A program made the position numbers and the translations under genes. Below are positions 34,748 to 49,021 of a stretch of 64,000 nt of DNA, piece after piece. The notes beneath the pieces are model-generated. The model had not been told where the DNA came from. It ran no database searches and worked only from the letters and a program-made list of their open reading frames with translations. Source of the stretch: Mobula hypostoma (lineage: Eukaryota). How positions within the stretch are numbered: position 1 is the stretch's first letter; each line of letters begins with the position of its first letter. The stretch spans positions 14,386,001 to 14,450,000 of the forward strand of contig NC_086109.1 of NCBI RefSeq assembly GCF_963921235.1, in the 5' to 3' direction.

Positions 34748-37700
34748 AGAAACATAGAAACATAGAAAATAGGTGTAGGAGTAGGCCATTCGGCCCTTCG
34801 AGCCTGCACCACCATTCAGTATGATCATGGCTGATCAACCAACTCAGAACCCTGTACCTGCCTTCTCTCCATACCCACTGATCCCTTCAGCCACAAGGGC
34901 CATATCTAACTCCCTCTTAAATATAACCAATGAACTGGCCTCAACTGTTTCCTGTGGCAGAGAATTCCACAGATTCACCACTCTCTGTGTGAAGAAGTTT
35001 TTCCTAATCTCGGTCCTAAAAGGCTTCCCCTTTATCCTCAAATTGTGACCCCTCGTTCTGGACTTCCCCAACATCGGGAACAATCTTCCTGTATCTAGCC
35101 TGTCCAGTCCCTTTAGGATTTTATACATTTCAATAAGATCCCCCCTCAATCTTCTAAATTCCAATGAGTATAAGCTTAGCTGATCCAGTCTTTCATCATA
35201 CGAAAGTCCTGCCATCCCAGGAATCAATCTGGTGAACCTTCTTTGTACTCCCTCTACGGCAAGAATGTCTTCCCTCAGATTAGGGGACCAAAACTGCACA
35301 CAATACTCCTGGTGTGGTCTCACCAAGGCCTTGTACAACTGCAGTAGTACCTCCCTGCTCCTGTACTCAAATCCTCTTGCTATGAATGCCAGCATACCAT
35401 TCGCCTTTTTCACCGCCTGCTGTACCTGCATGCCCACTTTCAATGACTGGTGTATAATGACACCCAGGTCTCGTTGCACCCCCCCCCCCCCCACTTTTCC
35501 TAATCGGCCACCATTCAGATAATATTCTGTTTTCCTATTTTTTGCCACCAAAGTGGATAACCTCACATTTATCCACATTAAATTGCATCTGCCATGAATT
35601 TGCCCACTCACCTAACCTATCCAAGTCATCCTGCATCCTCTTAGCATCCTCTTCACAGCTAACACTGCCGCCCAGCTTCATGTCATCGGCAAACTTGGAG
35701 ATGCTACATTTAATTCCCTTGTCTAAGTCATTAATATATATTGTAAACAACTGGGATCCCAGCACTGAGCCTTGCGGTACCCCACTAGCCACTGCCTGCC
35801 ATTCTGAAAAGGTCCCGTTTATTCCCACTCTTTGCTTCCTGCCTGCCAACCAATTCTCTATCCACATCAATAGCATACCCCCAATACCGTGTGCTTTAAG
35901 TTTGCACACTAATCTCCTGTGTGGGACCTTGTCAAAAGCCTTTTGAAAATCCAAATATACCACATCCACTGGTTCTCCCCTATCCACTCTACTAGTTACA
36001 CCCTCAAAAAATACTATGAGATTCGTCAGACATGATTTTCCTTTCACAAATCCATGCTGACTTTGTCTGATGATTTCACCGCTTTCCAAATGTGCTGTTA
36101 TCACATCTTTGATAACTGACTCTAGCATTTTCCCCACCACCGATGTTAGGCTAACCGGTCTATAATTCCCCGGTTTCTCTCTCCCTCCTTTTTTAAAAAG
36201 CACGGTTACATTAGCCACCCTCCAATCCTCAGGAACTAGTCCAGAATCTAAAGAGTTTTGAAAAATTATCACTAATGTATCCACTATTTCTTGGGCTACT
36301 TCCTTAAGCACTCTGGGATGACATCTGGCCCTGGGGATTTATCTGCCTTTAATCATTTCAATTTACCTAACACCACTTCCCTACTAACATGTATTTCCCT
36401 CAGTTCCTCCATCTCACTAGACCCTCGGTCCCCTACTATTTCCGGAAGATTATTTATGTCCTCCTTAGAGAAGACAGAACCAAAGTAGTTATTCAATTGT
36501 TCTGCCCTGTCCTTGTTCCCCATAATCAATTCACTTGTTTCTGTCTGTAAGGGACCTACATTTGTCTTAACCAATCTTTTTCTTTTCACATATCTATAAA
36601 AGCTTTTACAGTCAGTTTTTATGTTCCCTGCCAGTTTTCTCTCATAATCTCTTTTCCCTTTCCTAATTAAGCCCTTTGTCCTCCTCTGCTGGACTCTGAA
36701 TTTCTCCCAGTCCTCAGGTGAGCCGCTTTTTCTGGCTAATTTGTATGTTTCTTCTTTGGAATTGATACTATCCCTAATTTCCCTTGTCAGTCACGGGAGC
36801 ACTACCTTCCCTGATTTATTCTTTTGGCAAAATGGGATGAACAATTGTTGTAGTTCATCCATGCGATCTTTAAATGCTTGCCATTGCATATCCACCGTCA
36901 ACCCTTTAAGTATCATTTGCCAGTCTATCTTAGCTAATTCACGTCTCATACCTTCAAAGTTACCCTTCTTTAAGTTCAGAACCTTTGTTTCTGAATTAAT
37001 TATGTCACTCTCCATCTTAATGAAGAATTCCACCATATTATGGCCACTCTTACCCAAGGGGCCTCTCACGATAAGATTGCTAATTAACCCTTCCTCATTG
37101 CTCAATACCCAATCTAGAATGGCCTGCTCTCTAGTTGGTTCCTCGACATGTTGGTTCAAAAAACCATCCTGTAAACATTCCAAGAAATCCTCTTCCTCAG
37201 CACCCTTACCAATTTGGTTCACCCAATCTATATGTAGATTGAAGTCACCCATTATAACTGCTGTTCCTTTGTTGCACACATTTCTAATTTCCTGTTTAAT
37301 GCCATCCCCAACCTCACTACTACTGTTAGGTGGCCTGTACACAACTCCCACCAGTGTTTTCTGCCCCTTAGTGTTATGTAGCTCTACCCATATCGATTCC
37401 ACATCCTCCCGGCTAATATCCTTCCTTTCTATTGCGTTAATCTCCTCTGTAACCAGCAATGCTACCCCACCTCCTTTTCTTTCATGTCTATCCCTCCTGA
37501 ATATTGAATATCCCTGAATGTTGAGCTCCCATCCTTGGTCACCCTGGAGCCATGTCTCTGTGATCCCAACTATATCATATTCATTAATAACAATCTGTAC
37601 TTTTAATTCAACCACCTTATTACGAATGCTCCTTGTATTGACACACAAAGCCTTCAGGCTTGCTTTTACAACACTCTTGGCCCTTATACAATTATGTTGA

Positions 37701-37957
37701 AAAGTGGCCCTTTTTGATTTTTGCCCTGGATTTGCTGGCCTGCCACTTTTACTTTTCACCTTACTACTTTTTGCTTCTACCCTCATTTTACACCCGTCTG
37801 TCTCTCTGCACTCGTTCCCATCCCCCTGTTGTGAACTAACTTCCTCTCACCTAGCCTCTTTAATTTGATTCCCATCCCCCCAACCATTCTAGTTTAAAGT
37901 CACCTCAGTAGCCCTCGCTAATCTCCCCGCCAGGATATTGGTCCCCCTAGGATTCGT
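34748..37957 (-). mobile_element. Young 5'-truncated CR1 LINE in GOLT1 intron 3, nested in a Rex1-like remnant
   Basis: Long ORFs of 331, 258 and 255 aa with ITETWL, GDFN, NYRPVSLTS, GVPQGSVLG, KFADD; tail (tttctatg)n. The host Rex1-like sequence breaks at ccctgat (34747) and resumes tgatggtggc (37958). Confidence 0.96.
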
Positions 37958-39308
37958 TGATGGTGGCAATGAGAAGGAATCATGTTCTGGGTGATGGGGT
38001 CCTTGATGATAAATGCCGCCTTTCTGAGGTATCGCCTTTTGAAGGTGTCCTGGATGCTGTGGAGGCTACTGCTTATGATGGAGCTGGCGGGAGGTCACAA
38101 CTTTCTGTAGCTTTTTCCGATCCTGTGCAGTGGCCACTCCATATCGCACAGTGATGCAACCAGTTAGAATGCTCTCCGTGGTAGATCTGCAGAAATTTGC
38201 AAATGTCTTTGGTGACATACAAATTCTCCTCAAACTTCTAATGAAATATTGCTGCTGTTATGCCTTCTTTGTAATTGCATCAATATGATAGATCCTCAGA
38301 GACGTTGACATCTTGGAACTTGAAACTGCTCACCTTGTGTGGTTTTGCAACACACAAGGATATCATTTATTCCTATTGACTGAAGTTGCTGATATGCTCA
38401 TTTCATTTCAACCTCATTAAAATTCACAGTGTGCCATAGCTGAGGTTTGAATCAAAGTACTTTATGGATTATTACACAGAGATCTAGCTCACCAGATTCA
38501 CAATAAATACTGTGCATTGCACATCAAACATATCTACTTATGCAGACCCAGGTAGTATGAAATATTAAGCCTACATATAGAGTACTCACCTCCACAAATA
38601 TCTATCTGAATAAGGCTTATGCTAAAAGTAAAAATTTGGTCCTGATTTAGTTGGAACATTTCAGTGAAGCACTTAGATATTAACCCATTTAATTAAAAAT
38701 AGACAACGAAGTAGAGAAAAGTATTAGATTAAATATGTTGGATTAGTTGCTGAAAGCCAACTGGAGAGAAAAGTAAAGTTCACAGATCAAAGTAAATTTA
38801 TTATCAAAGTGCAGAGATGTCACCCTGAGATTCATTTTCTTACAGGCCTTCACAGTAAAACAAAAAATACAAAAGAATCAATGAAAAATTACACACAAAG
38901 ACTGACAAGCAACCAATGCGCAAAAGAAGACAAACAGTGCATGCATAAATAAGCAAACAAACAAATGAATAGATAAATATTGAGAACATGAGTCGTAGAG
39001 TATTTGAAAGTAAGTCCATTGGTTGTGGAATCAGTTCAGTGTTGAGGTGAGTAAAATTATCCATGCTGGTTTGGGATGTAATAGATTAAAGGGCAGACAA
39101 ATTACAACATCAATTACTAGAACTATCCAACAAGCTACAGCCATTTAGAGTGGATGAAGGGGGTCCATCCAGTCTCTTCCTTGTGTTCCATGGACATCCG
39201 GTAGGAGAAGGGGCAGTGGGAGAAGAGGTGGAGTCATCATTGTGACCTTGAACTCTGGGACATTAATAAGTCTGGACAACCCAAGAATTTCTAACAGAAT
39301 TTGCTTAC

Positions 39309-39487
39309 TTGAAGAGTAGGTAGAGTCCATAGCTTTCACAAAGCATACCGATTCCAGGCCACCTGAACAGGACCAGCAGGATCCCACCCAGAAAGAAAAT
39401 TGATCCTTTCAGCTTCTGCCTCTGGTAGAAGAACCGGAAGGTGTTCTGCAGCCCGGTGATGAAGGGAAGGCCGGAAATGAAGAGAAT
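39309..39487 (-). CDS. golt1a: GOLT1 coding exon 3 (ILFISGLPFITGLQNTFRFFYQRQKLKGSIFFLGGILLVLFRWPGIGMLCESYGLYLLFK)
   Basis: Long pyrimidine tract ttttcttctcctccttttcag|ATT CTC ... CTC TTC AA|gtaagc; 179 nt; TFxFF.Q..KLKG..FFLGG...L.RWP..GM..E.YG...LF is the Got1 signature. Confidence 0.97.
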
Positions 39488-40344
39488 CTGAAAAGGAGGA
39501 GAAGAAAATCAAAGGTCAATAATGGTACTTCATGATCCACCACACTTAAGGAAAGACAGGAAGGCTTTGAAAAGAGTGTGATGGGGATTTATTGACATAG
39601 AGTCAAGGAATCATAGAACTGATAAGGCATGAATGGAGATCAGTCAACCCATCAAGTCTAAGAAAAATCCTCTCACAATCTACTTCTTCGGTTCTATATC
39701 CAGATCTCCACAAAGCATTGTTACTGTGGTGTTAACCCAATTCCCTTTGGATAAATTGATAGATCATATAGGGATTGCAGTTCCACGGATTGAGTGGACT
39801 ATAGCCAATGCACTGAGAACAGAAAAGACTAATTAGATCTGGTAGCCATGTAAGGTTCTAACAGTAAATAAAGAGAAATGATGGAAACACTCCGCAGGTC
39901 AGCTGGCATCTGTGGAAAAAGAAACGGTTAATGTTGACTGGGAAAGTAAGAAAACAAGTGAGCTTTAAGTTGGAGAGAGCGAGGTGGTTGCAGAGAGGGC
40001 AAAGGGTATGTTTCTGAAAGGGCGAGGCTTGAATTGCTCAAGTGACCTTTATGCTCGTGGTGTCATCTGGTTAATGGATCAGTGAGAGTAGTTCGAGAGA
40101 GAAAAATCATTCAAACGGACATATTAAAACTGTACTGAAAACTGAAACCAAAGGAGATTGCAGGAAATGGCCAGTGGATCAGGAGCAGCAAAACTGAGTT
40201 AATATTATCCAGGAGGGATTGTTCTCCCAGCAGTTGGGAAAAAGGAGGAATATTTTCCATTGGCTAAGGAGTTGGCAGTTAGAGCAGATACATTTAAGGA
40301 GACCTACAAAAGAGTCAGAGTCAGTATGAGGAACACCTCAGTGG

Positions 40345-40892
40345 AACTATCCTAGGCCCAACCTATTGACACAAAGAAGGTAAGCCAGCCTTCATTAGAG
40401 GTTTAAGGAGATCTGGTATGTCACCGAAGATTTCAGAAAACTACACAGATGTATCTGGAGACCATCCCGGTATGGAGGTTCCAGTGCTCAGGATCAAAAG
40501 AGGTTGCAGAAAGTTGTAGGCTCAGCTAACTCTATCATGGGCGCCAGCCTTCCCACCATCAGGGAAACTTTCAACAAGCCATGCCTCAAGAAAGCAGCAC
40601 CCATCATTAAAGACCCAGGACATGCCCTCTTCTCATTACTACCATCAGGAAGGAGGAACAGGAGCCTGAAGACACATAGTCAGTGCTTTAGGAGCAGCTA
40701 TTCCACCCCTGTCATCAGATTTCTGAACGGTCCACAAACCCATGAACGCTACCTCACTATTCCACTTTTGCGCTATTTATTTTTTATGTATCTTAACGTA
40801 TCATTTCTTAATGTCTTGCACTATGCTGAAACAAAACAATAAATGTCACGATATATATCAGTGAGCATATACCAGACTCTGATTCTGTTTCT
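40345..40892 (+). mobile_element. Rex1/Babar-like LINE 3' fragment
   Basis: KKAA.IIKDPGHALFSLLPSGRR.RSLKTH...FR.S; tail gactctgattctg. Confidence 0.8.
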
Positions 40893-42283
40893 GAGGTATG
40901 AGAGACGAGGGTTTGTAAGGAGGTTGAGAAAGTGACTGTGAATATGGATGAAAAGAGAGGGTTATAGTGTCTCACAGCAGTGCAGCATTCTGGCCTCCAC
41001 CAGAGTACTAGACCCGCACAGTCACCACACACATGGCCAATGGGGGCTGGCCTATGGAGCACAAACCTACGCTCAGAATTAGTTGTCTTTCTCTAAGCTT
41101 GTCAGCTTGGTTCAGGGGACAAAGAGGGGAGTTAGAGGTCAGGTGGGGATATGGGGGCAGGGACATGAGCGAATTAGAGTTCAGATTAGGATGTAGGGAG
41201 AGGGATGTGGAGGAGTTAGAGGTCAGGCCAGAGTCTAGGCCTCCATTCTGCACTCTGTGTTCGAAGGTCAGCGACGTGCTCAGGGGATGAAAGGCATCGA
41301 CAGTCCAGGCCTCCACTCCATGCTTGAAGGTCAGCGACATGGAAGGGTGATAAAGGATATCCGTAGATGTCGGGCTGTCTCGGGTAGGAGAGTCCTGCGA
41401 TCGGAAGTCCATGCTGGCTGGAGCACAAGGGTTGATGAGTCAGCGAGTCCAGAGTTTGGGGTCCCATCATCAGCTGGATTGGGGATCGATACCGAATATC
41501 GAAGTTCAAAGGTCGATTAGAAGTCCAGAAGCCGAATGCCAATGGCCAAGGCCTGGAGTCTGGAGACTCGAGGCCTGTACTGGAGTTGGAGGACTATTCA
41601 TATGTGTTGGTGGGTGGGAGGGAGAAGAGTTTTCTGTTGTTATTTGTAGCTTATGGTGCTTTGTGTTGTTCTGCCGAGCATTGTGGGCTTGCTTATGTTG
41701 GAGCTGGAATCTGTGGCAATACTTGCAGGCTGCCCCAGCAGATCCTTGGGTTGTATTGGTTGTTAAGATTAATGACACATTTCACTGTACATTTCGATGT
41801 ACGTGCGATAAGTAAATGAATCTGAATCTGAAACCTGCTCTCCCCTCTCAGGAAGACCATTTCTGTCCTTGCCACTGCTCGTCAGCTTCAATGAATTAAA
41901 CCCAGGCCTATGTGTCTTAGCCCAGTCTGTGGATTTTGGATTCAAGATCCACTCCAAAAATTTGAGCAGAGAAATATCAGTTGACCCTACAGGAAAACAC
42001 AGAGGGAGTGCTGCTGCATTGTCAGAGATGCCACCTTTCAAGCACTTTGTGAATGAGGTCCTGACTACCCATAAGACCACAGACATAGAAGCAGAATTAG
42101 GCCATTCAGCCCATTGAATCTGCTCGCCATTCAATCATGTCTACATTTTTCTCAACCCCATTCCCCCACTTTCTCCCAGTAGCCCTTAACTCCCTCACCA
42201 ATCAAGAACCTATCAATCTCCACTTACTACACCCAGTTACTTGACCTCCACCTTCCAGGAGTATTAAAATGTCCCTTGGAAGT

Positions 42284-42370
42284 TGCTGTGTATTTAATAT
42301 TTCAGTAATTTGTAAATATACTGTTTGATTAAACATTCTTCGTTTACATAATTCATTATGGGTTATATGT
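42284..42370 (+). mobile_element. Partial solo LTR of the Gypsy family at 20744-23960
   Basis: tgctgtgtatttaatatttcagtaat...aattcattatgggttatatgt matches the reverse complement of ~20890-20981. Confidence 0.8.
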
Positions 42371-42649
42371 AGGCTTTGGGCCTACTCTGGGGTTTGGACC
42401 GAAGGACTTATTTTTGGTTCGGAATGCTGCTGTTCGCTTCAATTGTTTGCATGATTTGTAATGTTTTCTTTCTTTCTCTTGCGCATCGAGTGTTAGTCTT
42501 CTATTTTTATTTTTATTCTATTTTTCCTTGAATCGGGCTATTTCAGGTTTCTTGATTTGCGGCTACCTGTGAGCAAGCAAATCTGAAGGTTGTATAATTT
42601 ATACATTCTCTGATGACAGCTGAATCTTGAATGTAAGTATGTGAATGGC

Positions 42650-43185
42650 ATACACCATAATGGTTGGGATGAGTTGTTCTCCGATCTCGGCAATTTACTT
42701 GCAAACATTTTGTCAGCATGTGAGGAGACATCATCAGTACGCTGTTAATTGTGGTGTCCTCCAAATGCTTGGCCCTTATGTACTTATCAACTAGCTGATT
42801 GGTCATCATTATGGAAACTCAATTGTGATGTAGGGAGGAAGTCTCAAAGCTGATTGGTTGTGTGGCGAACTTTGAGTGTTACAGTCTGGAGTTCTGTCCG
42901 CATTGGCTCATAAATAGGATTGAGGTCTACACGTTTGTTTACAGAGCTGTTCGTGGAAAACCACACTTCTAGGAATTCACTTGCATGCTGCGTGTTTGCT
43001 TGCGCTATGACTTTCACTGATGCCCAGTTAAATTTGTGCCCCTCTCGATCTTCAAGGGTAGAGAGTAGGGCAAGTTGGTCATGCTGCTTGACAGGCGGTT
43101 GATGTTCAATAGATCCTTCTGGATAGTTTTCTGCCAACTTGGCCGACATAATATTTGTTTCCATGTCGTACGTACACACCTCACT
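42650..43185 (-). mobile_element. Penelope-like element 3' fragment (GIY-YIG endonuclease region)
   Basis: EHQ..VK.HD.L......DREGHKFNW......QAN....EFLE.WFS...S.NK..DL.PIY is typical of the PLE C-terminus; decayed YVGQTGRKL just upstream. Confidence 0.85.
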
Positions 43186-44694
43186 GAACAGAAACTAGTG
43201 GGCACAAGTTATCCCGGGCTCTCGCTTTTTCTTTCCATGAGTTTTTGGAGTTACAAAATATAACAGAGGCATTTTGAAAAAGAACTGAGTACATCCCTAT
43301 CACTACTCCTCCATCATCCAGATTAAGAGGTCACATCAGTGAGCAATGCACACCATCCAGTGTCATCTTTTGGTAGTGCACTATTCGTAGGAAGCAAGTA
43401 TCTCATAGTCAGAGGTTGTTTTCAGGATGGCAGAACTGCCCACACAGGCAAGTAAGCAGCTGTGAATTAAAATTCTAGCACGACTCACCAGAGAGTCACA
43501 GAAAATGACAAGGAGTACGTTATTTGAAGAAGGAACGAGTAGTGTCAGCAAAACGCAATGATTATCAGGCTGTCTCTTGCTGAATCAGAATCAGGGTTAT
43601 GATCACTAACATAAGTCATGAACTGTGTTATTTTGTGGCAGCAGTGCAGTGCAAGACATGAAAAAAATTACTATCATTTCTGATAAGAAATAACTAAATA
43701 CTGGGAAAGAGGAACAGTGAGGTACTGTTCATAGGCTCATAGACCATTCAGAAATCTGATGTGCATGATAACAAGAGACTATTTCATGATGAAATGCTCA
43801 CTGATATTCTGAAAGGCATATCCAGGGCTCTATAAAACTCCAGGCTCTGAACTCTTCGGGGTGATCCTCCAAGGTCACACACAAACTCCTCTGCTGGAAG
43901 GTCGCAGGCTTCCTCTTTCCTTTCTGCCATCTCTGGGCAGGTAGGACTGCACAGCAGCAGAACGGCACACTGGGGCAGATGGAAGGCAGTCACTAAGAGG
44001 ACGTATAGGGGTGGTGAGCTTCTTGTTGTGTGCAATAGGAATAATATCTCTTTATAGCTTTTGTCTGGATGTTCACATCCTGGTGGCTTGTATTTTATTT
44101 TCAGTCTGTGGCCAATAGAACAATGGAGACACTAAATAGAACATAGAGCAGTACAGCACAGTACAGGCCCTTCGGCTCATGATGTTGTACCAACCTTTTA
44201 ACCCACCTCAAGACCAATCTAACCCTTCCCTCCAACATAGCCCTCCATTTATCTTTCATGTCTCTATTTAAGAGTCTGTTAAATGTCCCTGATGTATCTG
44301 CCTCTACCACCTCCACACCAGTACGTACCATGCACTTCCCACTCTCTGGGTGAAAACCTACCTCTGATATCTCCCCTCCCTTTATTTTTCTCATATATCT
44401 TCTCATATTAGCCGGTGCCATGCTAGGAAATAGGTGCTGGTTATCCACTCCATGCCTTTTGTCATCTGATATAAGAACCTCCAGCTCACAAGAAGAAGGA
44501 GAAGGAGTATAGGGGATGGTATTCCAAATCTCATGCACTGGGAACACACGGAGGCCCTGCATAAACAGGGGAAGGAACACCCCATCCACAAATAACCACT
44601 CCCCTATCTGTTAACCACCTCTTGCCCCATCTGTGGAGATGTCACAAATCCAACATTGTCCTCATTAATGCACAAAACTAGGTAGAAAACTAGG

Positions 44695-45175
44695 TAAACA
44701 AGGTTAAAAAAGTACAGAGAAAATTTACAAGGATGTTGCTGGGTCTGGAGGACCTGAGTTATAAGGAAAGATTGAGTGGGTTAGGACTGTATTCTTTGTA
44801 ATGTAGAAAATTGAGAGGAGATTTGATAGAGGCGTACAAAATTATGAGGGGTATAGTTAGGGTAAATGCAAGGAGGCTTTTTCCATTGAGGTTGAGTGTG
44901 ACTACAACCAGGGGTCATGGAGTAAGGGTGAAAGGTGAGAAGATTAAAGGGAACATGAGGGGAAACTTCTTCGCTCAGAGGGTTGTGAGCATGTGGTATG
45001 GGCTGCCAGCACAAACAGTGTATGCAAACTCAATTTCAATGTTTGAGAAGTTTGGATAGGTACATGGATGTTGTATGAAGGGCTATGGACTCGGAGGGAG
45101 AAGGCAGTTTAAACGATTTCAGCATGGACTAGATGGCCCAAGGGGCCTGTTTCTGTGCTGTACTCCTCTATGACT
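44695..45175 (+). mobile_element. CR1 LINE 3' fragment
   Basis: RGDLIEAYKIMRG...RLFPLR...TRGHG.RVKGE...FF.QRVV. Confidence 0.85.
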
Positions 45176-45644
45176 ACAAGTCTAGAAGCAAATCATCCTT
45201 GACCTCAAGTGAGTGCCCTGTAAGAGAAGGTGTTGAGGCCAAGCCCCACTTAACCATGATCTCAGTGATAAATGGAACAGGCTCACGGAGGCAGCAGAGC
45301 TATTCCTGCTCTGGTTTCCTATGCTCATCGAGTTACAGAGCACCACATCACCCAAACAGGCACTTCGGCCCATCTACTCCATGCCAAACCGTTACTCTGC
45401 CTAGTTCCATCGACCTCGCCTGGACCATTGCCCTCCCATCTATGTGCTTATCCAGAATTCTCTTAAATGTTGCGATCAAACCCGCATCCACCAACTCATT
45501 CAGCTCTGCTGTCACAAGGATCCTTAGAGAAAATCTTCCCTTCCAAATGCAATAAGCATACACAATACTTCATCTCTGTGTGACAGGAGAATACACATCA
45601 CAGCACAATAGTCTCCGTTTTATTATTTTGTACATTATTTTAAG

Positions 45645-45943
45645 TATCCGTTAGTCTCATGAGACCATGGATTTGCGCCTTGGAAGGTTTCCAGGGTGCA
45701 GGCCTGGGAAAGGTTGTATGGAAGACGGCAGTTGCCCATGCTGCAAGTCTCCCCTCTCCACGCCACCGATGTTGTCCAAGGGAAGGGCACTAGGGCCAAT
45801 ACAGCTTGGCACCAGTGTCGTCGCAGAGCAATGTGTAGTTAAGTGCCTTGCTCAAAGACACAACACGTTGCCTCAGCTGAGGCTCGAACTAGCAACCTTC
45901 AGATCACTAGACCGACGCCTTAATGACTTGGCCATGTGCCAAC
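45645..45943 (-). mobile_element. tRNA-derived SINE, same family as 2224-2530
   Basis: ORF 45667-45972 shares LSKGR.LGPIQLGT.VVAEQCV.KCLAQ with ORF 2203-2397, showing close nucleotide similarity. Confidence 0.85.
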
Positions 45944-46229
45944 ACTTGTACATTATTATTGCACATTGGTAAATTATTATTGTGTATATTATTATTCTGT
46001 ACTTTATTATTAGTTAAGTCTGCATACAGCTGAGTATGTTTTTAAATGTTGCTGCTGTAATGAAAGAATTTCCCACTCGAGATCAATAAAGAACTTATTA
46101 TTATTATTTGTTGTACACTCCTCTTTAACTTATTCAGTTATCCTTTACTGTCAAGATTCTTTAATGAACCATCAACTCTTCTAAACTGCTTGCAGCCCAT
46201 TATCCATTTTATACGTGGAGAATACTCAC

Positions 46230-46321
46230 ATTTCCGAATCCGAGAAGCACTCTGTCAAAATACAAGAGGATCCCAAACAGGAGGAAAAACACACCGAATC
46301 CCATCAATCCCACTCCGATCC
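46230..46321 (-). CDS. golt1a: GOLT1 coding exon 2 (RIGVGLMGFGVFFLLFGILLYFDRVLLGFGN)
   Basis: ttgttgtag|GG ATC GGA GTG ... TTC GGA AAT|gtgagt; 92 nt; Got1-family IGxGLxGFGVFF...FD..LL..GN motif. Confidence 0.96.
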
Positions 46322-47929
46322 CTACAACAAGATCACATCTATTTGAAAAGCTATTCCCATGTCATTAAAAATCCATAGGTACGTGGTCTAGTTTCAAACA
46401 GAAAAAAACTAATCTGCTCTCTGTTGGCAGTGGGTGTTTCACCCTCAACAGGTCTTAGGTCCTGGTTCACCTTCATTGGAAACACCATAGTAAATGCAAC
46501 GAGACTTACGAAACAAATCACCCTAAATACTAAACAGATGACAGCATTACAATGGACGGGTGTTTAGGGAACATGGTCATTTATATGTCAGAAGAAATGA
46601 TTACTTAAGCCTGATTTTTCTGCTTGCTACTGCATTAGGGCCCAATAATAATGGAGAACTGTAATGTGACAAAGGAAAAGCTCCTTAACTATTTTAATAC
46701 AAATTCAATCCATCTACGGACTATAGGATTAGAAGCACGTTAAGCTTGCCCTGCCTTTCAATGTTTGTGGTGGATTCTAAGCAAGTTCATTGTTTTGCCT
46801 TATCCTATATACTGTAATTTCTCTGATATACGGAATTCAATTGAACTCATCTTTGAATACACACTATAACAGAGAACCCACAGTCCTCTAGGGCACAAAT
46901 TTACACATTCATAATGATCTGAGGGAAGATCTCTTCTCACTTCTGTCTTAATGACCAATTCTTGGGTCTGTGACCTTCCCTAAATTATTCAGGTCGGGGA
47001 AGCAGCCCCCATACAAGCATAGTTATTGTTTGTGTGTTCCTTTAATAATATTTAGTCTCTCTTTTCTAGTTGAAGGAAAAACTGATTGAAAAGTGTGCAC
47101 TGCTATGAGCGTCGAATTCCAATATGCTCATGCAATGAATATCGCAATTCAAAGTGAAGCCAGATTCTGTCACGTTGCATGCATTAGCAACTGCAAACAA
47201 TGTTCTTCATTGTGTTGAATGGTTTAGCCGGCATTATCTACTAATCTATGAAAAAATTCCAGTGGCTGGAGATTTATATAAGTTTGCATTACCACCTACA
47301 GTCTGCTGTAAGTCTAAACATGTGCTATTCTGCAAGAAATTAGGCCAAGGTGTCCTGGAAACTCCCAGGACAATTTGATCTTCATTACACAGAACTAGAC
47401 TGCAACCCCACTATGTTCTTTGACCCCTCCCTTCAGTCTTCCCTGTACCTCAATTTCAAGCTCCCAACTTCATTCTTGATCCTCACTTGTGCCTCTGGCA
47501 TTCTGATTGGTTGAGGTCCATGACCAAAGGACACAGCCTCACAATAGGAGGTGTCCATTTAGAATGGAGATGAGGAGGAACTTCATTAACCAGAGGTTGG
47601 TGAATCTGTGGAATTCATTGCATGGATGGTTGTGAAGGCCAAGTCATAGAGTATATTTAAAGCAGAGGTTGATAGGTTCTTGGTTAGTCAGGGCATTGAA
47701 GGTCACGGGGAAAAGGCAGGAGAACGAAGTTGAGGGGGAATATATATCAACCACAATGGAATGGTGGAGCAGACGCGATGGGCCAAATATCTTGATTCTG
47801 CTCCTATGTCTTATGGTATTTATCAAGTCAAGTCAAGTTAAGTCACTTTTTATTGTCATTTTGACCACAACTGCTGGTACAGTACACAGTAAAAATGAGA
47901 CAACGTTTTTCAGGACCATGGTGTTACAT

Positions 47930-48315
47930 AGTCATAGTCATAGTCATACTTTATTGATCCCAGGGGGAAATTGGTTTTCGTTACAGTTGTACCATAAATA
48001 ATAAATAGTAATAAAACCATAAATAAATAGTAATATGTAAATTATGCCAGTAAATTATGAAATAAGTCCAGGACCAGCCTATTGGCTCAGGATGTCTGAC
48101 CCTCCAAGGGAGGAGTTGTAAAGTTTGATGGCCACAGGCAGGAATGACTTCCTATGACACTCTGTGTTGCATCTCGGTGGAATGAGTCTCTGGCTGAATG
48201 TACTCCTGTGCCCAACCAGTACATTATGTAGTGGATGGGAGACATTGACCAAGATGGCATGCAACTTAGACAGCATCCTCTTTTCAGACACCACCGTCAG
48301 AGAGTCCAGTTCAAT
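47930..48315 (-). mobile_element. Rex1-like LINE 3' end; near-identical copy at 58757-59070
   Basis: SHPLH......STFSQRLIPPRC.TE..RKSFLPVAIKLYNSS in both copies; (tgacta)n tail. Confidence 0.85.
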
Positions 48316-49021
48316 ACAAAACAATACAAAAACTACACTGAACTACGTATCATTTCTTGTCAGAGTCACCTTACCTACAGATGCTCCTGTACCTAGTGTC
48401 ACTTTATATACATACATACGATCAATCTTATGCACTGTATATAAGCTAAGGTATATAAGTTTTTATATTTATTGCTTTTTTAAATTATTGTGTTCTTTAT
48501 CATATTTTGCTTTCTTTTGTTGCAGCATCAGATCCAGAGTAGCAATTATTTTCTTTTCCTTTACACTTGTGTCTGGAAAGGCCATTAAACAATCTTGAGT
48601 CTGAATTTTGCATGGCAATAGAAAAATCTTTGATCAAGCCACTTTCATAGCTCTCATCGCCCCGAGTGAAGCACTGACTCAGTGTGTTAAAGTTCTGAAG
48701 TCCATTAAACCTAGCATGCTGCGAAACACCTCCCAGAAAATGTGGGAGAGAGGAAAGAAAGATTTTAAATCCAGTTCTATATAAGTCGTTACTGATAGTC
48801 AGTGAAGCAAAAAATAAGGATGCAATTACTTGCAGGAAGTAGAAACAACAACCTGTTTCCATGTCAGCGAATTCCCCCTGAAGTTTCCTTTAGGTGACTG
48901 ACAGCTGATTCAACTCCGTTTACAAATTAATAGATCTGTAAGTATTCACTGATTTACTGAACCAGAACCATTCACATCACACCTTGCGTGTGTCACCCAC
49001 CCTTCCAATGCTATTACTTAC

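Noticed and set aside
36741..37517. 258-aa plus-strand ORF
   Set aside because: It is the antisense shadow of the CR1 endonuclease ORF.
38590..38605. Micro-exon with GAG|gtgagt donor in intron 3
   Set aside because: It is 16 nt, would shift the frame and has a weak acceptor.
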